From Callorhinchus milii (lineage: Eukaryota), in contig NW_024704743.1 of assembly GCF_018977255.1 (NCBI RefSeq), forward strand, positions 24,864,001-24,928,000: DNA of 64,000 nt, written 5' to 3'. Positions 13,411 to 25,593 of this stretch are shown piece by piece. The translations under genes were made by a program, and so were the position numbers. Below the pieces are notes generated by a model that was not told the origin of the DNA, made no database searches, and saw only the letters and a program-made list of their open reading frames with translations. Numbering within the stretch: position 1 is the first letter of the stretch; each line of letters begins with the position of its first letter.

Positions 13411-15013
13411 CCACAGTAAAAAGATAGATGAGCTTTTACTTCGACTTACCTCTGCTACAGTTAACACCAGCGAAATGAAAAATAAATGAAATAGATTCCA
13501 GATTACCAGTGGGACAAACTATTGTTAACCAGCTCATCTGCTCCAAAAGGTTCTGGTCATATTTCACTTTGGCAGACTTTGGTAGGGGGAATTTATAAAG
13601 GGAATCCAGGAGCTGCTTGCACTTCCAACTGGGAACCATTCCCTGAAAACCAGTACTATAAGCATGTATACAAGGGAAGAAAACCTTCGTATGGCATAAG
13701 TTTTCTAAAACAATTTAATATTGATATTTAAAAAAAGACAAACTCAAGTTCACTCAAGTTCTCTTTATAGTTTAAGAAAAGCAGGTCTTATATTCATTTT
13801 CAATCAAGTAGCGATCTTTTCTAATTTATAAAGCCAAGATATTAATAGAATCTGTTTTAATTAGCAACCTTCAAGATACTTTTTCTGCTGTGTAGTATAA
13901 TATGTACTGATGCAATTGGCCACCCCATGTTGTGGGGACTAAACTTTATGGAGACCTCTGAGTACACTTGCTTCCAGCACTGAGTAGCTGGCTTTTGTCC
14001 TAAATCTAATAATAATGATTTAGTTTAAAAACTGTTACAGGTATATGATTTTAAACAATGCCTCTTACACTCAACCAATTTTTTCTAATATGCAAGTAAG
14101 ATATAAATCCATTTTTTATGCCATTGTAAGTTTTAAGTGCTTGAATTTTGTCATTTTTTAAACAGTTTTATGGGAACTTGTGAAATCTTGTTTCTGTTTC
14201 ACTTGGGTAGTGTTAGTGATAGATGTTAACTTCACTCAGATGATAGCACTCTTGCTTCTCGGGCAGAAGATTCTGGGTTCAAGGCCCACATTGGAACAAG
14301 CTCACATATTAGAAAGCACACATACTAGCACTTTTCATCAGTCCTGAAAAGTGCTGCATTGTTGGAGATATTATTCTTCAATGTGGTATTAGACTGAAGT
14401 CCCATCTACCTATACAAGCGGACAAAAAGGATGCTGTGACAAATAAAAAGAAGGAAGATTCTCCCAAAGCCTTTGCCAACGATACTCTACATTATTTGGC
14501 GATTCACTTCAAAGCTGTTCGTGGGACTTTGCTTGTACTAGTGACTGCTGTGTTTGCTTACAACAGCTTTGACTACATTTGTAGGTTAATTTAGAAGCCG
14601 CTTTTCCACAGTTCTTGAAAAGAACCATCTTCCAAATTGAGACCAATACTAATAAGTTTCCACTCTTCTCTATGCCCTTATATTTTAACACTAAATGGTT
14701 TGAACAGGCAAAGTCTAGATTGAAATTCAGGCCAGTTGGGTTTGGAATACTAGTGAAACATTAAAACTGTATCTGAACATTTTTTGCAGATTTTATATCA
14801 ATGGAACTAAGGTTCTGGTTTACCAAAGTGGTACGATGACTCTTCCATAGTGTGTCCGAAGCAAAGGGTCATTTTGGAGATGGATCAGGCATTTCCAGAA
14901 AAATACATTTTTAAGCAGATCAAGGAATCTGCTGCCCAATGAAAATGACTGAAAACATTCAGTAGCGCGGGATTAGTGATTTGATTCAACCATTGGAAAA
15001 TCTTTTCATGCAG

Positions 15014-15076
15014 GGTCCGAAAGGAGAAAAAGGAATGCGAGGTCCTGCAGGTGTTCGAGGAGTCCGAGGAGTCAAG
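15014..15076 (+). CDS. COL6A1-like: col6a1-like exon (~ex19, 63 bp)
   Basis: GPKGEKGMRGPAGVRGVRGVK. Confidence 0.92.
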
Positions 15077-16024
15077 GTAACAGACAATTAAATCAGATTA
15101 TGGGAATGCTTGAAAATCAATATAATCAAGCTATACTACAACATTGGTTTGAGTTCTTTTTTCCCCCCTTTATTATTTTTTCAGTAATGCATTGTCCATC
15201 CATTTCTATCCAGACACCCATTTCCAAAGCCATCCTCCAACAGCCAAGTCAGTCGGCAGGCTTCCTATAACCAAATCTCTGTCAGCACTGTGAAGTCGGG
15301 CAGCCTGTGTGACAGCACTGTACAGGATAACTCAATTTAGTGAACATTGCCCCCTGCGAAAATACTGAATATTTCCCTCTGACAGTTGTCAAGATTAATG
15401 ACTCTGCATCTGTATTGTGAATCACAAGTGAAAATCTACTTCTTTTGATTTTGTGGGACATTACATTATTACTAACATGCTCCTCAGAGCAATCATCCAA
15501 ACTTCTGCTATCATTATTGGTAATATAATCTTTACGGATTTCATTGACATTTTGCATTAAACTGGAACAGATATACAGCAACAATTTACAATATACACAT
15601 TATACTGTTTAATTACCCAATTATATCTGGCTAAAATTAGATTTACCACTCCATGAAGTATGAAGAATTATTAAGAGTCTTAACTGTGATGTCTTATTTA
15701 AAGTTCATAGAAACATCAGTTCTAGCCCATCATTCTGTGCTGCAATAATTAATATGATACAGGATATGTAAAGAGATGAAGAACCATTATGATATAATGT
15801 ATCCTCTGCTTTCCTTTATTGATATAACAGCGAATCATGGATTTCATCCCTGTGTATGAAAGTAAAAGCCTTACAAATGTGATTCATATAATACAACAAT
15901 ATAAAATAATATAATAATCCAGTACAAATGTGAAGTTTCTTGAAGGTGAGGAGAGAATTTTGGATGATTTCCTTTGGGTAAATCAAAAATGATTTTCTCA
16001 CCTTATTTCTATTACACCCTGTAG

Positions 16025-16087
16025 GGTAGCTTTGGACCTGCAGGAGCACAAGGACATGAAGGTCTTTCTGGTGAAAATGGCTCTCCT
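16025..16087 (+). CDS. COL6A1-like: col6a1-like exon (~ex20, 63 bp)
   Basis: GSFGPAGAQGHEGLSGENGSP. Confidence 0.92.
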
Positions 16088-16177
16088 GTAAGCATTGGGT
16101 GAAATTCCTTCAATTTCTGATGATTATAACAATTTTGCATTTAATTATATTAAACACATTTATCATTATTTATATAG

Positions 16178-16240
16178 GGCTTTCAAGGTGGAAATGGTCT
16201 AAAAGGTTACAAAGGTGAACCAGGCATACCAGGAAGAGAG
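16178..16240 (+). CDS. COL6A1-like: col6a1-like exon (~ex21, 63 bp)
   Basis: GFQGGNGLKGYKGEPGIPGRE. Confidence 0.92.
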
Positions 16241-16798
16241 GTACGAATATTATGATGGAACTATTTAGCTCTCAAAAATACATTTGACATTGTTTTTTGG
16301 ATTTACATTACATGTAATGAGGTTGACTTGTAAAATATGGTTAAGCCACATGATTGAATCTATATGTTACTTAGAAATCCATAATCTTCCATGCAGTTTT
16401 GATGACACCCACATTCAGGTGGAAATCTGGCACTGTTCTCAATGTTGATATCAATGAAGCTAGGCCATCCATCAAGTGGGATTGCAGTTTTCTTGCTAAA
16501 AGTATAATTCAACCAAAAAATCAGAGTTACATTTATATCTCGTAAACCAGCACAGGCTTGTTAGACTGTCGTCATCACTTCAGTAATAATATATTAATCA
16601 TAGCCAGTGGTCAATATCATGCAATATAACTTTACATGTAAAATTATGTGTTAAATATATGATCTACTCTCCAAACAACTGAAGCATTACTCCTCATTCT
16701 ATTAAATTTAGTTTCAATGTCCGTGTAATCGATAAAATTTGACATTAACAAGATTTGCTTTCAGTTTCCTTTGCTAATTGTGTTGATTGCTTTTTTAG

Positions 16799-16861
16799 GG
16801 ATCCAAAGGAGCCAAAGGAGCTCTAGGTTCACCTGGTGACTCAGGCCCTGCTGGAATTAGA
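16799..16861 (+). CDS. COL6A1-like: col6a1-like exon (~ex22, 63 bp)
   Basis: GSKGAKGALGSPGDSGPAGIR. Confidence 0.92.
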
Positions 16862-17769
16862 GTAAGGATCAAACTATAATACAGCAACTCTACGATAGAT
16901 TACCTCAAATAGCCTTAAAATAAGTGTCATAATTTTTGCAACAAAGGGACAGTAAAACTGGGAGAACATCAATTTCACATATGCTTCACGGACATACAGT
17001 TCGTTTGTATGTTTGGCTCTGGCCTCCAGCACATCACTCGTCCCCTCCACTTCACCATCGATAGCCATGCTTTCAGCCTTGCCCCACTCCTGGTCCATCT
17101 TCAGATCATGCATGAAAACCTTCCTCTTCAAACATACCTCTTGTCACCTCACCTCTCTCCCTGGCTCAGGGAGGTAAAATAAATTAATACAACATAGACA
17201 ACTAAGATGAGGGGAACCAACCAGATTGTTGTCTTACGTCAGTATGTGGGACTATTTTGGTGCATTTGTGCAGAAAATAGATGCATTCTAATGAGAAATA
17301 CCAGTGTAAATGGGAAGTTAGTTATATTTAGTGAAGGTAGCTGTTTGTCTGGAACAAGACATGTTCCCTTGACCACCATAAATGAGATAAGTGATACAGA
17401 AATTGATTGGGAGCAGACTATCATTCTTGTTATTCTTTGATGATATGCAAATTATTGGATTGTATGTTAAAAAGTTTCACTGACTGAAAAAGTTTTGTTA
17501 TCTTTCTTTGTTTTCCACCTTCACCAAACAATGCAATTTCCCCACAAATAGAAGGGTTAGATACCTGATTCCTAGCCTCTGCCACTGACTATATGAGTGA
17601 TGATTGACTCACTCAGGGATGTGCTAGGTCTTCGGTTGCTGACTTGCTGCAGTGGAAAAACATAAAATTTAATTGGAAAATGAGCTATTAATTTGAAAGC
17701 CAAGTTGAAATATTTTGATAGACTATTGCATCTTATTTGTTAAATTATTACATTTTTCTTTACAAATAG

Positions 17770-17820
17770 GGAGATGATGGTGGACCCGGTGTAGGGATAA
17801 AAGGATATCCTGGATTCCAA
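17770..17820 (+). CDS. COL6A1-like: col6a1-like exon (~ex23, 51 bp), first helix interruption
   Basis: GDDGGPGVGIKGYPGFQ. Confidence 0.92.
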
Positions 17821-18113
17821 GTAAGACATTTGCAGATTTACTGTTTCAGTTATGTGGATTTCTATAGAATCATACAGCACAGAAACTAGTCCACATTGGT
17901 GTTTAAGAAGCAGACCATTTGGCCCAACTAGTCCACGTTGGTGTTTATATTCCACACAAGCATTTTACTCTCCTATTCCCCTCTCCTATACCCCTCTATT
18001 CTCTTCTCCCTCCTGTACGAGTTGAGTTCCCTCTTAAATACATTGATATTCCTCAAGTAATCTGAAGGCTTGTGTTATATGTAACACCATTGACAATGTA
18101 TGATTATACAGAT

Positions 18114-18345
18114 CAGGGTGGCCCAACTGGTGGCCCGCGGGCCACATCCGGCCCATCAACCATTCCCAACTTCATTATCCGATGAGCAGATAAAGGCGAC
18201 ACACAGACCCCGAGCCAATCAGGAGACCGTCACCAGGGGCTTGCACGCTGCCGGCCAACCAGCGTAAAATATTGTTTTACGGCCCACGGACATTTTTCAA
18301 ATCCAGCATCTGGCGCTCAGAGGCCAAAAGGTTGAACTACCACTG
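18114..18345. mobile_element. Non-autonomous hAT/Charlie-like MITE
   Basis: Imperfect TIRs CAGGGTGGCCCAAC / GTTGAACTACCACTG, subterminal palindrome TGGCCCGCGGGCCA, degenerate 8-bp TSD. Confidence 0.6.
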
Positions 18346-18395
18346 AATAGATCATCACAATTTGTTCCATAATACTACTTTTTTTAACTTTCTAG

Positions 18396-18431
18396 GGGTT
18401 TCCCGGATTACGAGGACAAACTGGCCCAAAG
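18396..18431 (+). CDS. COL6A1-like: col6a1-like exon (~ex24, 36 bp)
   Basis: GFPGLRGQTGPK. Confidence 0.9.
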
Positions 18432-18519
18432 GTACTTGTAGGTGTCTAAATACAGAATTTACTAGATTCCTAGTTTATTTTGCAGTGTCGCAAAATTATT
18501 TTCTATTAACCCAACATAG

Positions 18520-18582
18520 GGTGTTAAAGGCTACGTGGGACAAAAAGGCGATAGAGGACAGTCGGGTATTCAAGGTGATGAT
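18520..18582 (+). CDS. COL6A1-like: col6a1-like exon (~ex25, 63 bp)
   Basis: GVKGYVGQKGDRGQSGIQGDD. Confidence 0.92.
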
Positions 18583-18975
18583 GTAAGTTGCTGATCATAA
18601 CATGGAATATAATTAATATGGAATGAACAAATGAAAATCAAGCAGCTATAGAATGAATAGTATTTGGAGGGGTCTTGCAATGTACCTCTATAGTTGTTGA
18701 AATTGTAATCCTTAAGAAAATGTGCTTTATAGAGCAAACTAGTTTATTTTTAAACTTTCACCAGCTACAGTCATAAAAAACTACATAAAATTGAATACCC
18801 ATTGAAGTAATTAAAATTATGCCCATTGGAAATGAACCATCAATGCTTACAAGTTCCTTTAAATGCCTGTATTATTTTTCAAATTAATATTAAAACATTA
18901 AGCAAAAGCAAAATTCTAGTGTAAATTAGTTAAAATAAATAATGCTTTAAAAGTGTGCTTTGTTTCTTGATACAG

Positions 18976-19041
18976 AACAATTTTCCAGGAAAAGATGGTA
19001 CCAAAGGACAAAAGGGTTACCGTGGTTCAGTTGGAGATTTT
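18976..19041 (+). CDS. COL6A1-like: col6a1-like exon (~ex26, 66 bp), second interruption
   Basis: NNFPGKDGTKGQKGYRGSVGDF. Confidence 0.9.
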
Positions 19042-19202
19042 GTAGGTGTCTCTTTTTTTATGTTTTTCTCTTTTACCTTATCGGTAGAATTATATATTTA
19101 TATGTATTTAAAATTTTCAAATAGAGAAAACAGACAAAACAATGCCGCAATCATAACATCAAGCAAATATAGTCTTAACTCATTCATGTTTTAATTCCAA
19201 AG

Positions 19203-19238
19203 GGTCTTCCTGGTTTAATAGGACCTCCAGGACCAGAT
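19203..19238 (+). CDS. COL6A1-like: col6a1-like exon (~ex27, 36 bp), helix end
   Basis: GLPGLIGPPGPD. Confidence 0.92.
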
Positions 19239-19310
19239 GTAAGTAATAGTTTACAGTGTACACTGTAATTTTTTGATTCAGAGCACTTTGTTTCAGGGTA
19301 TCTACAGGGT

Positions 19311-19906
19311 GTCATTCAGAACTCTGCAGCTCGTGTCCTGTCCCGCACCAGTGCTTCGGGACCACATCACTCCCACCCTCGCTCGCCTCCACTGGCTCCC
19401 CATCCCCCAGAGGATTGATTTCAAGATCCTCATCCTCACCTACAAGGCCATTCACGGCCTTGCTCCCTCCTACCTCTCCAACCTACTATCCCCCTACCTA
19501 CCTGCCCGTACCCTCCGTTCCTCTGGCTCTGGTCTGCTCCACGTCCCCCGCCCCAACCGCCCTACCATCGGTGGTCGGGCCTTCAGCCTCTCAGCCCCCA
19601 GGCTCTGGAACTCCATCCCCCAGTGCCTTCGCCTTGCTTCCTCCCTCTCCTCCTTCAAGGCCGGTCTCAAAACCTTTCTCTTTGACCGAGCCTTCAGCTC
19701 CCCTCTCGACTCTCTTCCCCGTCCTTGCTCCCTCCCTTCCCTCCCCTCACCCTGACCATTTCCCCCTTCCTTGCTCCCTCCCTTCCCTCCCCTCACCCTG
19801 ACCATTTCCCCCCTGCTCGGGTCATGACCCAACTGTGCAGCGCCTTGGGACGTCCTCCTGACGTGAAAGGCGCTTTATAAATGGAATCTTGTTGTTGTTG
19901 TTGTTG
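19311..19906 (+). mobile_element. Young L2 LINE 3' end
   Basis: HITPTLARLHWLPIPQRIDFKILILTYKA...APRLWNSIP...LKTFLF; (TTG)n tail; internal ~46-bp duplication. Confidence 0.92.
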
Positions 19907-20040
19907 TATCTGATATATTTTTTAAGTCACATAATAATTACATATTCTGTGGAATATATTTTGAAGGCTTTAAGTTATATGCTTTAAGCTATATAAAGTA
20001 TCATTTTTTGAAGTATAAATGTTTAATTTATATTATAAAT

Positions 20041-20714
20041 GCAGATGACACCCAACTCTGCCTCTCTACCTCCACCCTTGACTCTAGGAATACTGCTGTC
20101 CCGACAGAATGTCTGTTGGACATCATTCCTGGATGAGAGCTAACTTTCTTCAGTTGAACGTCAATAAGACCGAGGCTCTCCTAATTGGTTCCCGTCAGCG
20201 TCTCCTTAACTCAGGCACTGACAGCATCACCATCCATGGTTGCAAACTCCACCTCACTGAGTCAGTCCGGAACCTTGGGGTCTTGTTTGACCCTCAACTA
20301 TCCTTTCTACCCCACATCTGTGCCATGAACCGCTCTGCCTTCACCCACCTCCACAACGTCACCTGGTTCCGCCACCGTCTCACACTGCAGGCCGCCGAAA
20401 CCCTCAAACATACTTTCGCTCCCTCTGCTCAGCGGACTCCAGCCCGCTATTGACGGGCGGGCCGTCCGTCACTCTGTCCCCACCCTCTGGAACTCCATCC
20501 CGCAATGCTTCCGCCTCGCCCTTTCCCTTGCCACCTACAAGACCCATCTCAACTACCTCCTCTTCGACCGTGTTTTCGATCTCCCTGATTCCCCCCCTGC
20601 CTTCCACCCTCCCCAACCCTGACCCTCAGCTCGGGTCTGTAACTCTGTCTATCCAGCGCCTTAGGTTATCCTCCCGACGTGAAAGGCACTATACAAATGT
20701 AATTTTGTTGTTGT
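20041..20714 (+). mobile_element. L2 LINE fragment, internally deleted
   Basis: ADDTQL, WMRANFLQLNVNKTE, RNLGVLFD; (TTG)n tail. Confidence 0.88.
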
Positions 20715-20790
20715 TAATCGAATAAATTTGAAAATATTAATGATTATGATCACTTTATGCACAATCTATTACTGGGATTTGTTTCTGCAG

Positions 20791-20827
20791 GAGTGTGAAA
20801 TATTAGACATCATTCAAAAACTCTGCT
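20791..20827 (+). CDS. COL6A1-like: col6a1-like exon (~ex28, 37 bp)
   Basis: ECEILDIIQKLC, an alpha1(VI) signature. Confidence 0.93.
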
Positions 20828-21829
20828 GTAAGTATTCACTGAATGTTTTCTAGAATTAAGCCCATTATTACATTTGGTAGGAAAGAACAGCTGTTAGAAA
20901 GTTATTTATTCCTTTGCAGTTGATACAGTTGCAGCTACAGTTATTATTATTATACAAAATAATTATGTAGCATTTCAGTTAAATGTATATAATTTTGCTA
21001 TCTCTTCACAAGATTTATACAAGTATTTCAGAAACATTTGTATTATTTAGTTTGATGTTTTGTTTCAAAGTAAGTACAGAACAGCTCTGTTACCACACGC
21101 TTCACCATAGTACAAATTCACTTAACACTCTTTGGACTGTGGATTCCATGCATATGCACACATTCACTTCACACACATTGGTCTTTTTGAGGTAAAATGG
21201 CCAACTTCTAGGTCAATAGGCTCCATGAACATCATTTTCTGCTTGCTGCAAATGCGCAAAGAAGGAAGTGACACCAATGGCAACCTGATGAGAAGATTAT
21301 TTCTAGCTTATTTCACGAAACTTCCGAGTTATCAGGTCATCCCCAACGCCACTTCTCACTTTGAGAATGCACGGAAAACAAGAATTGGCTTTGTGGTGAT
21401 CCAATGAACTAGAAGTTGACCATTTTTTCTTTCAGTGCAGGAACCAACCAGGACCAGTCAGTTTTACACATACTATTTATTATCTATTATTGAGCCTCAC
21501 TATTATGCAGGCTGGGATTTTATGGATCCCAAACCCCGCTGCACAGTAGTTGTGTGATTTATTTTCTCAATAGAATCTCTGCTGGCCAGTAAAGTCATTG
21601 ACTTTGGAAGTGTGAACATTGGGATTTCCTTGTTGTTAGGCCAGGAAGGTAAATTTTCCAACTAGAAGAATCTCACCCCTCTTATTGATTTCTCATTGTA
21701 CGCTCCTGTATAAAGTAACTTTAATCTTTGATCAAAATGTCATCAGATTCAGTAATGGGTACAAAATTAGCTGATCACCTGAACTAAAAATACTGATAAT
21801 ACCGTTCATTTTCTTATTTTGTTTTTCAG

Positions 21830-21838
21830 CAAGCTGCG
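21830..21838 (+). CDS. COL6A1-like: col6a1-like 9-nt microexon (~ex29)
   Basis: ttttcag|CAAGCTGCG|gtaagt encoding S-S-C; size as in human exon 29. Confidence 0.82.
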
Positions 21839-22007
21839 GTAAGTATAATTCATTTGTTTCATGTAGGTAGGTAGCTCTAAAACCGTTTGCTTTTAGCTCT
21901 CCTGAATATCAAATATGTTTCATCACTCCAAATATGTTGTCTCTTTTCCTGATCTATATTTTATGATCAATTAACAAGAGTTTTGTCTTTCTCTTTTTCC
22001 GTCTCAG

Positions 22008-22141
22008 ACAATGATTGTGGCGCGGTGAAACTGCTCTTTATACTGGATAGCTCTGAAAGTGTTGGTCGGCAAACCTTTACTATTGAGAAAGAATTTATCA
22101 TCAGAGTCATTAACAAGATTATGAAAATGGATAAAATCAAG
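22008..22141 (+). CDS. COL6A1-like: col6a1-like exon (~ex30, 134 bp), VWA C1 start
   Basis: DNDCGAVKLLFILDSSESVGRQTF...MDKIK. Confidence 0.93.
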
Positions 22142-23043
22142 GTTTGTAACAGGGAGGAACACAAGGTTATCTCATTACCAGAAAAAAAACGCTGCAGGGT
22201 ACAGCTTCCTGCCCATTTGCACTGATGCTCAGTAAATTACAGTATCCAAATAATGATCTTAATTTCATTTGTTAACAGATTCTGTGTTTTACATCCACTA
22301 ATTAGAGATTGTGTAGAATGGACACATCTGGATAGATTTTACACTGAAGTAATATTAAGATTGATGGGGGTGCTGCCTAAACCATTGATCTATATTTATG
22401 TTTCCATCAGAGGAACAATTGCACAGAAAATGATGGTTTCTAAAATACTTATGTGGGTTTAAGCCCAGAAAATATAGTCAAATCACTTCACAGTATATTC
22501 TGTGAAGCGATTTGCGACTTCTCAACGACATGATAAGGTGCTATATCAGAATGCAAAGATTATTATTATTATTTTATGGCCATTAGACTTAAAGTATAAA
22601 ATGTAAACCACAAAGGTCTAGGAAGGATTATGTATACTCAAGTTATTCTGTCAATTGAAAATTACTTGGAGTAAATATGTGTAATTCGTTCACTATGATC
22701 TTTTTTGTTAAAAAAGGTATGGTACCAAGTGTGGAAGAGTCATCCTCCAGTTTGTGTGCATATCTAGAAAATAGCTGAAGCTATAACTGAACTCAGACTC
22801 AAACTGAATTTCTTTAACTTGTATAAATTTACTTGTAAAGAATATTTGAACTATAAACTGTCTCCATCTCAATCCCATGGGAACACATGGCAGTGAAAAT
22901 GGCTTCAATATCTTTATAAATTCCCAGATCTCAAAGTTTTTCCTTAAGACAAGAAAAACGCTCAGTAAACTATCTTAGACATGTAAACAAAGAGAACAAT
23001 GTAAAATAGAAGGAAGGTGTAAGAATTAATCCTTCTCACACAG

Positions 23044-23153
23044 AGTTTTCCAGGGAGCTCACAAGTCGGTGTCATACAATACAGCCATGAACAAACACGT
23101 GAACTTGTGTCTATGGATGACCCCACCATTAAATCTCTCACACAGTTAAAAAG
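23044..23153 (+). CDS. COL6A1-like: col6a1-like exon (~ex31, 110 bp)
   Basis: SFPGSSQVGVIQYSHEQTRELVSMDDPTIKSLTQLK. Confidence 0.9.
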
Positions 23154-24032
23154 GTAAAAAAATCAAAATATTTTTGTTCAGACTTTTAAAAAGAAAATCT
23201 TGTATTTCATTTTTTATACTTAATAATTTGCCATTAAATTTGGAATGTTCAGCGCATAAGAAAGCTCTTTGGTCCGTCATGTTGTATCATCTAAATAAAA
23301 TTACAAAGAGCAAATCACATTACTTAAATTAAAGAAAATTAGACCTTTTCCACCTTCAACTTTAAATATATAATCAGGATGGTGATGGGAGGAGTCAAAT
23401 TGTGATTGATTGCCAGCAGACTCCAGCCAATCACAAGTGGCTGGAGTTGAGCTGTCAATCAGTGAGGGGGGGGGGCGGAGGAATGGGGAAGAACCAAGGG
23501 AGGGAATGGGAGGAGTTAAATTGTGATTGATTGACAGCTGGAACCACTTGTGAATGGCTCGATTGCCCATCCATTCACAAGGGACCCCAAGGCTGTCAAT
23601 CATCTCAGAGCCGTGTATGGTTGTTGAGAAAAAATCCAAATTAGCTTTCAAGAGGGAACCAGATAGATGTCTAAGAAGGAATAATTTGCAAGGAATTTGT
23701 TTAGGGAAAGATAAGTAAATAAGACTGAATGGGTTGCTCTTTCAAAGAGCCAGCACAGATATAATGGGCCGAATGACCTTCTTTATAGTCTTTTATGGAA
23801 GACTGTTGGCCAGGACACCCAGAGAAACTATTTTCCATTAGTACCATGGGATCTTCATTGTCCATCTGAAAAAAACAGATGAAACCTCATCTGTTATAGC
23901 ATCTCTGACAATGCAGCATTCCTCCAGAATTGCACTGCAGAGTCAGCTTAGTTCAACTTGTTATATGCAGCTCATAATGTTGTGTAGTGTTGTGACACGA
24001 CCCCTTTAAAACTGTATGTCTTGTGGTTTCAG

Positions 24033-24219
24033 GGCTGTGAAAAACATGCGTTGGATTGCAGGAGGAGCATACACAGGAGAAGCTTTGGATTTTGCTAAAA
24101 AAGCTTTTGGCACATCCCAGCTTACCAACAAGGTTGCCATTGTGTTAACCCATGGAAGATCAGATATATCAAGAGATCCTAAACCATTATCTTCCCTGTG
24201 TGATGTGCCAAACCTAAGA
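24033..24219 (+). CDS. COL6A1-like: col6a1-like exon (~ex32)
   Basis: AVKNMRWIAGGAYTGEAL...VLTHGRSDISRDPKPLSSLCDVPNLR. Confidence 0.9.
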
Positions 24220-25012
24220 GTAGGTACCCATTTGATCCTACTTTGGACCAAACCGAACATAGGTTAAGTCATGATACATTAATTACTTATTTATAAACCA
24301 TCCAATAAATATTTCCAATTGTGGTTATTGTTCATTAGTATATTATGTTTTTATTAACTATTTGACCTCAAAGCAATATTTTAAAATTTGGTGTCGACCT
24401 GCCTAAGTAGCAATCTCACCTCTGAGTGAGAAGGTTGTGGTTTTGTCTACAAATACACATTATTACACTTCATAGTAAAATCCATTGAGGTGTATTGGGA
24501 TGGCGCAGTGATGTGATAAGGCACTATATCAAATGCAAGGATTATGAGATGCATTTCAGGGCTATGAGATCATAGACTAGGTTAACAATCCAATTCAGTG
24601 TACTACTTATAGAGAATGTTAAAGAGGACTAAAAAGCAACAAAAGGCTTCTAATTTGAATTCTTCAAATCTTCAGAAGGCCTCGGCCAGTTTAGCTTTGG
24701 CTTGTTAATCTGTCGTGCTACAATTTACCTCACACTGATGCCATATATTCCATGATCCATTACTTTTCACAAAGCAGGTATGTTGCATTTATCGTGCAGA
24801 AAGAAATAAAACAGCTAAGTGAGAAAAAAACAGTCTCTTTAACATTTTGGGAATTATCTTGAAGAAAGGGTCTTTTGTGTCCTACAAAAAGCTATCAGTG
24901 CAGTGAAAATTAGAAATGTTGCAGTTAGAAAGGAGAAAGTTCAAAAATGTATCCCTGCAACAACAACTTGTATTTGAAAAGCAGAAATCTAACTTGTAGT
25001 CTCTTCTTATAG

Positions 25013-25184
25013 GTTATTGGCATTGGCGTAGGAGACATATTCAAAACCTCACCAAACAATCAGTTGATTCAACAGATTACTTGTCAATCATCACTTAATC
25101 CTGGGCTATATTTTCCTATTATGGACCATGCTCAACTTTTAGATGAAACATTATTTGAGAACATCACTAATTATATTTGTGGAG
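25013..25184 (+). CDS. COL6A1-like: col6a1-like exon (~ex33)
   Basis: VIGIGVGDIF...ITCQ...FENITNYICG. Confidence 0.9.
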
Positions 25185-25593
25185 GTATGAAACTTATCAT
25201 TTTTATTATTTAAAAAAAAGTTTATCACTCAAAGTCTGAAATGAGCATTGTGATCATAACATGTATCCTTCAAGATATGTTACCTTCTTTGATTGCATAT
25301 TGATGAGGTGACGCTGTTATATTATTAATGTCTGTCCCTTAAAATCCATCATCCTTTTCAGATATAGTGTTGCATTAATTTGCATTGGCAAGGTCAGAGA
25401 CATTTTCTTTTCATGAATAACTTCAGTCAAGTGTAATTAAACCACATACCTAACCTGTATTCCTTCTATAATGAATTAATTTACACACAAAACAATCAGA
25501 CCCTAATATTCAGTTAGTTGACTGTTTTGGAAGGCCTTTATAATGACATAGTATATCTTTGTAACTATGTAATATATTTTTTGGATTTTTCAG

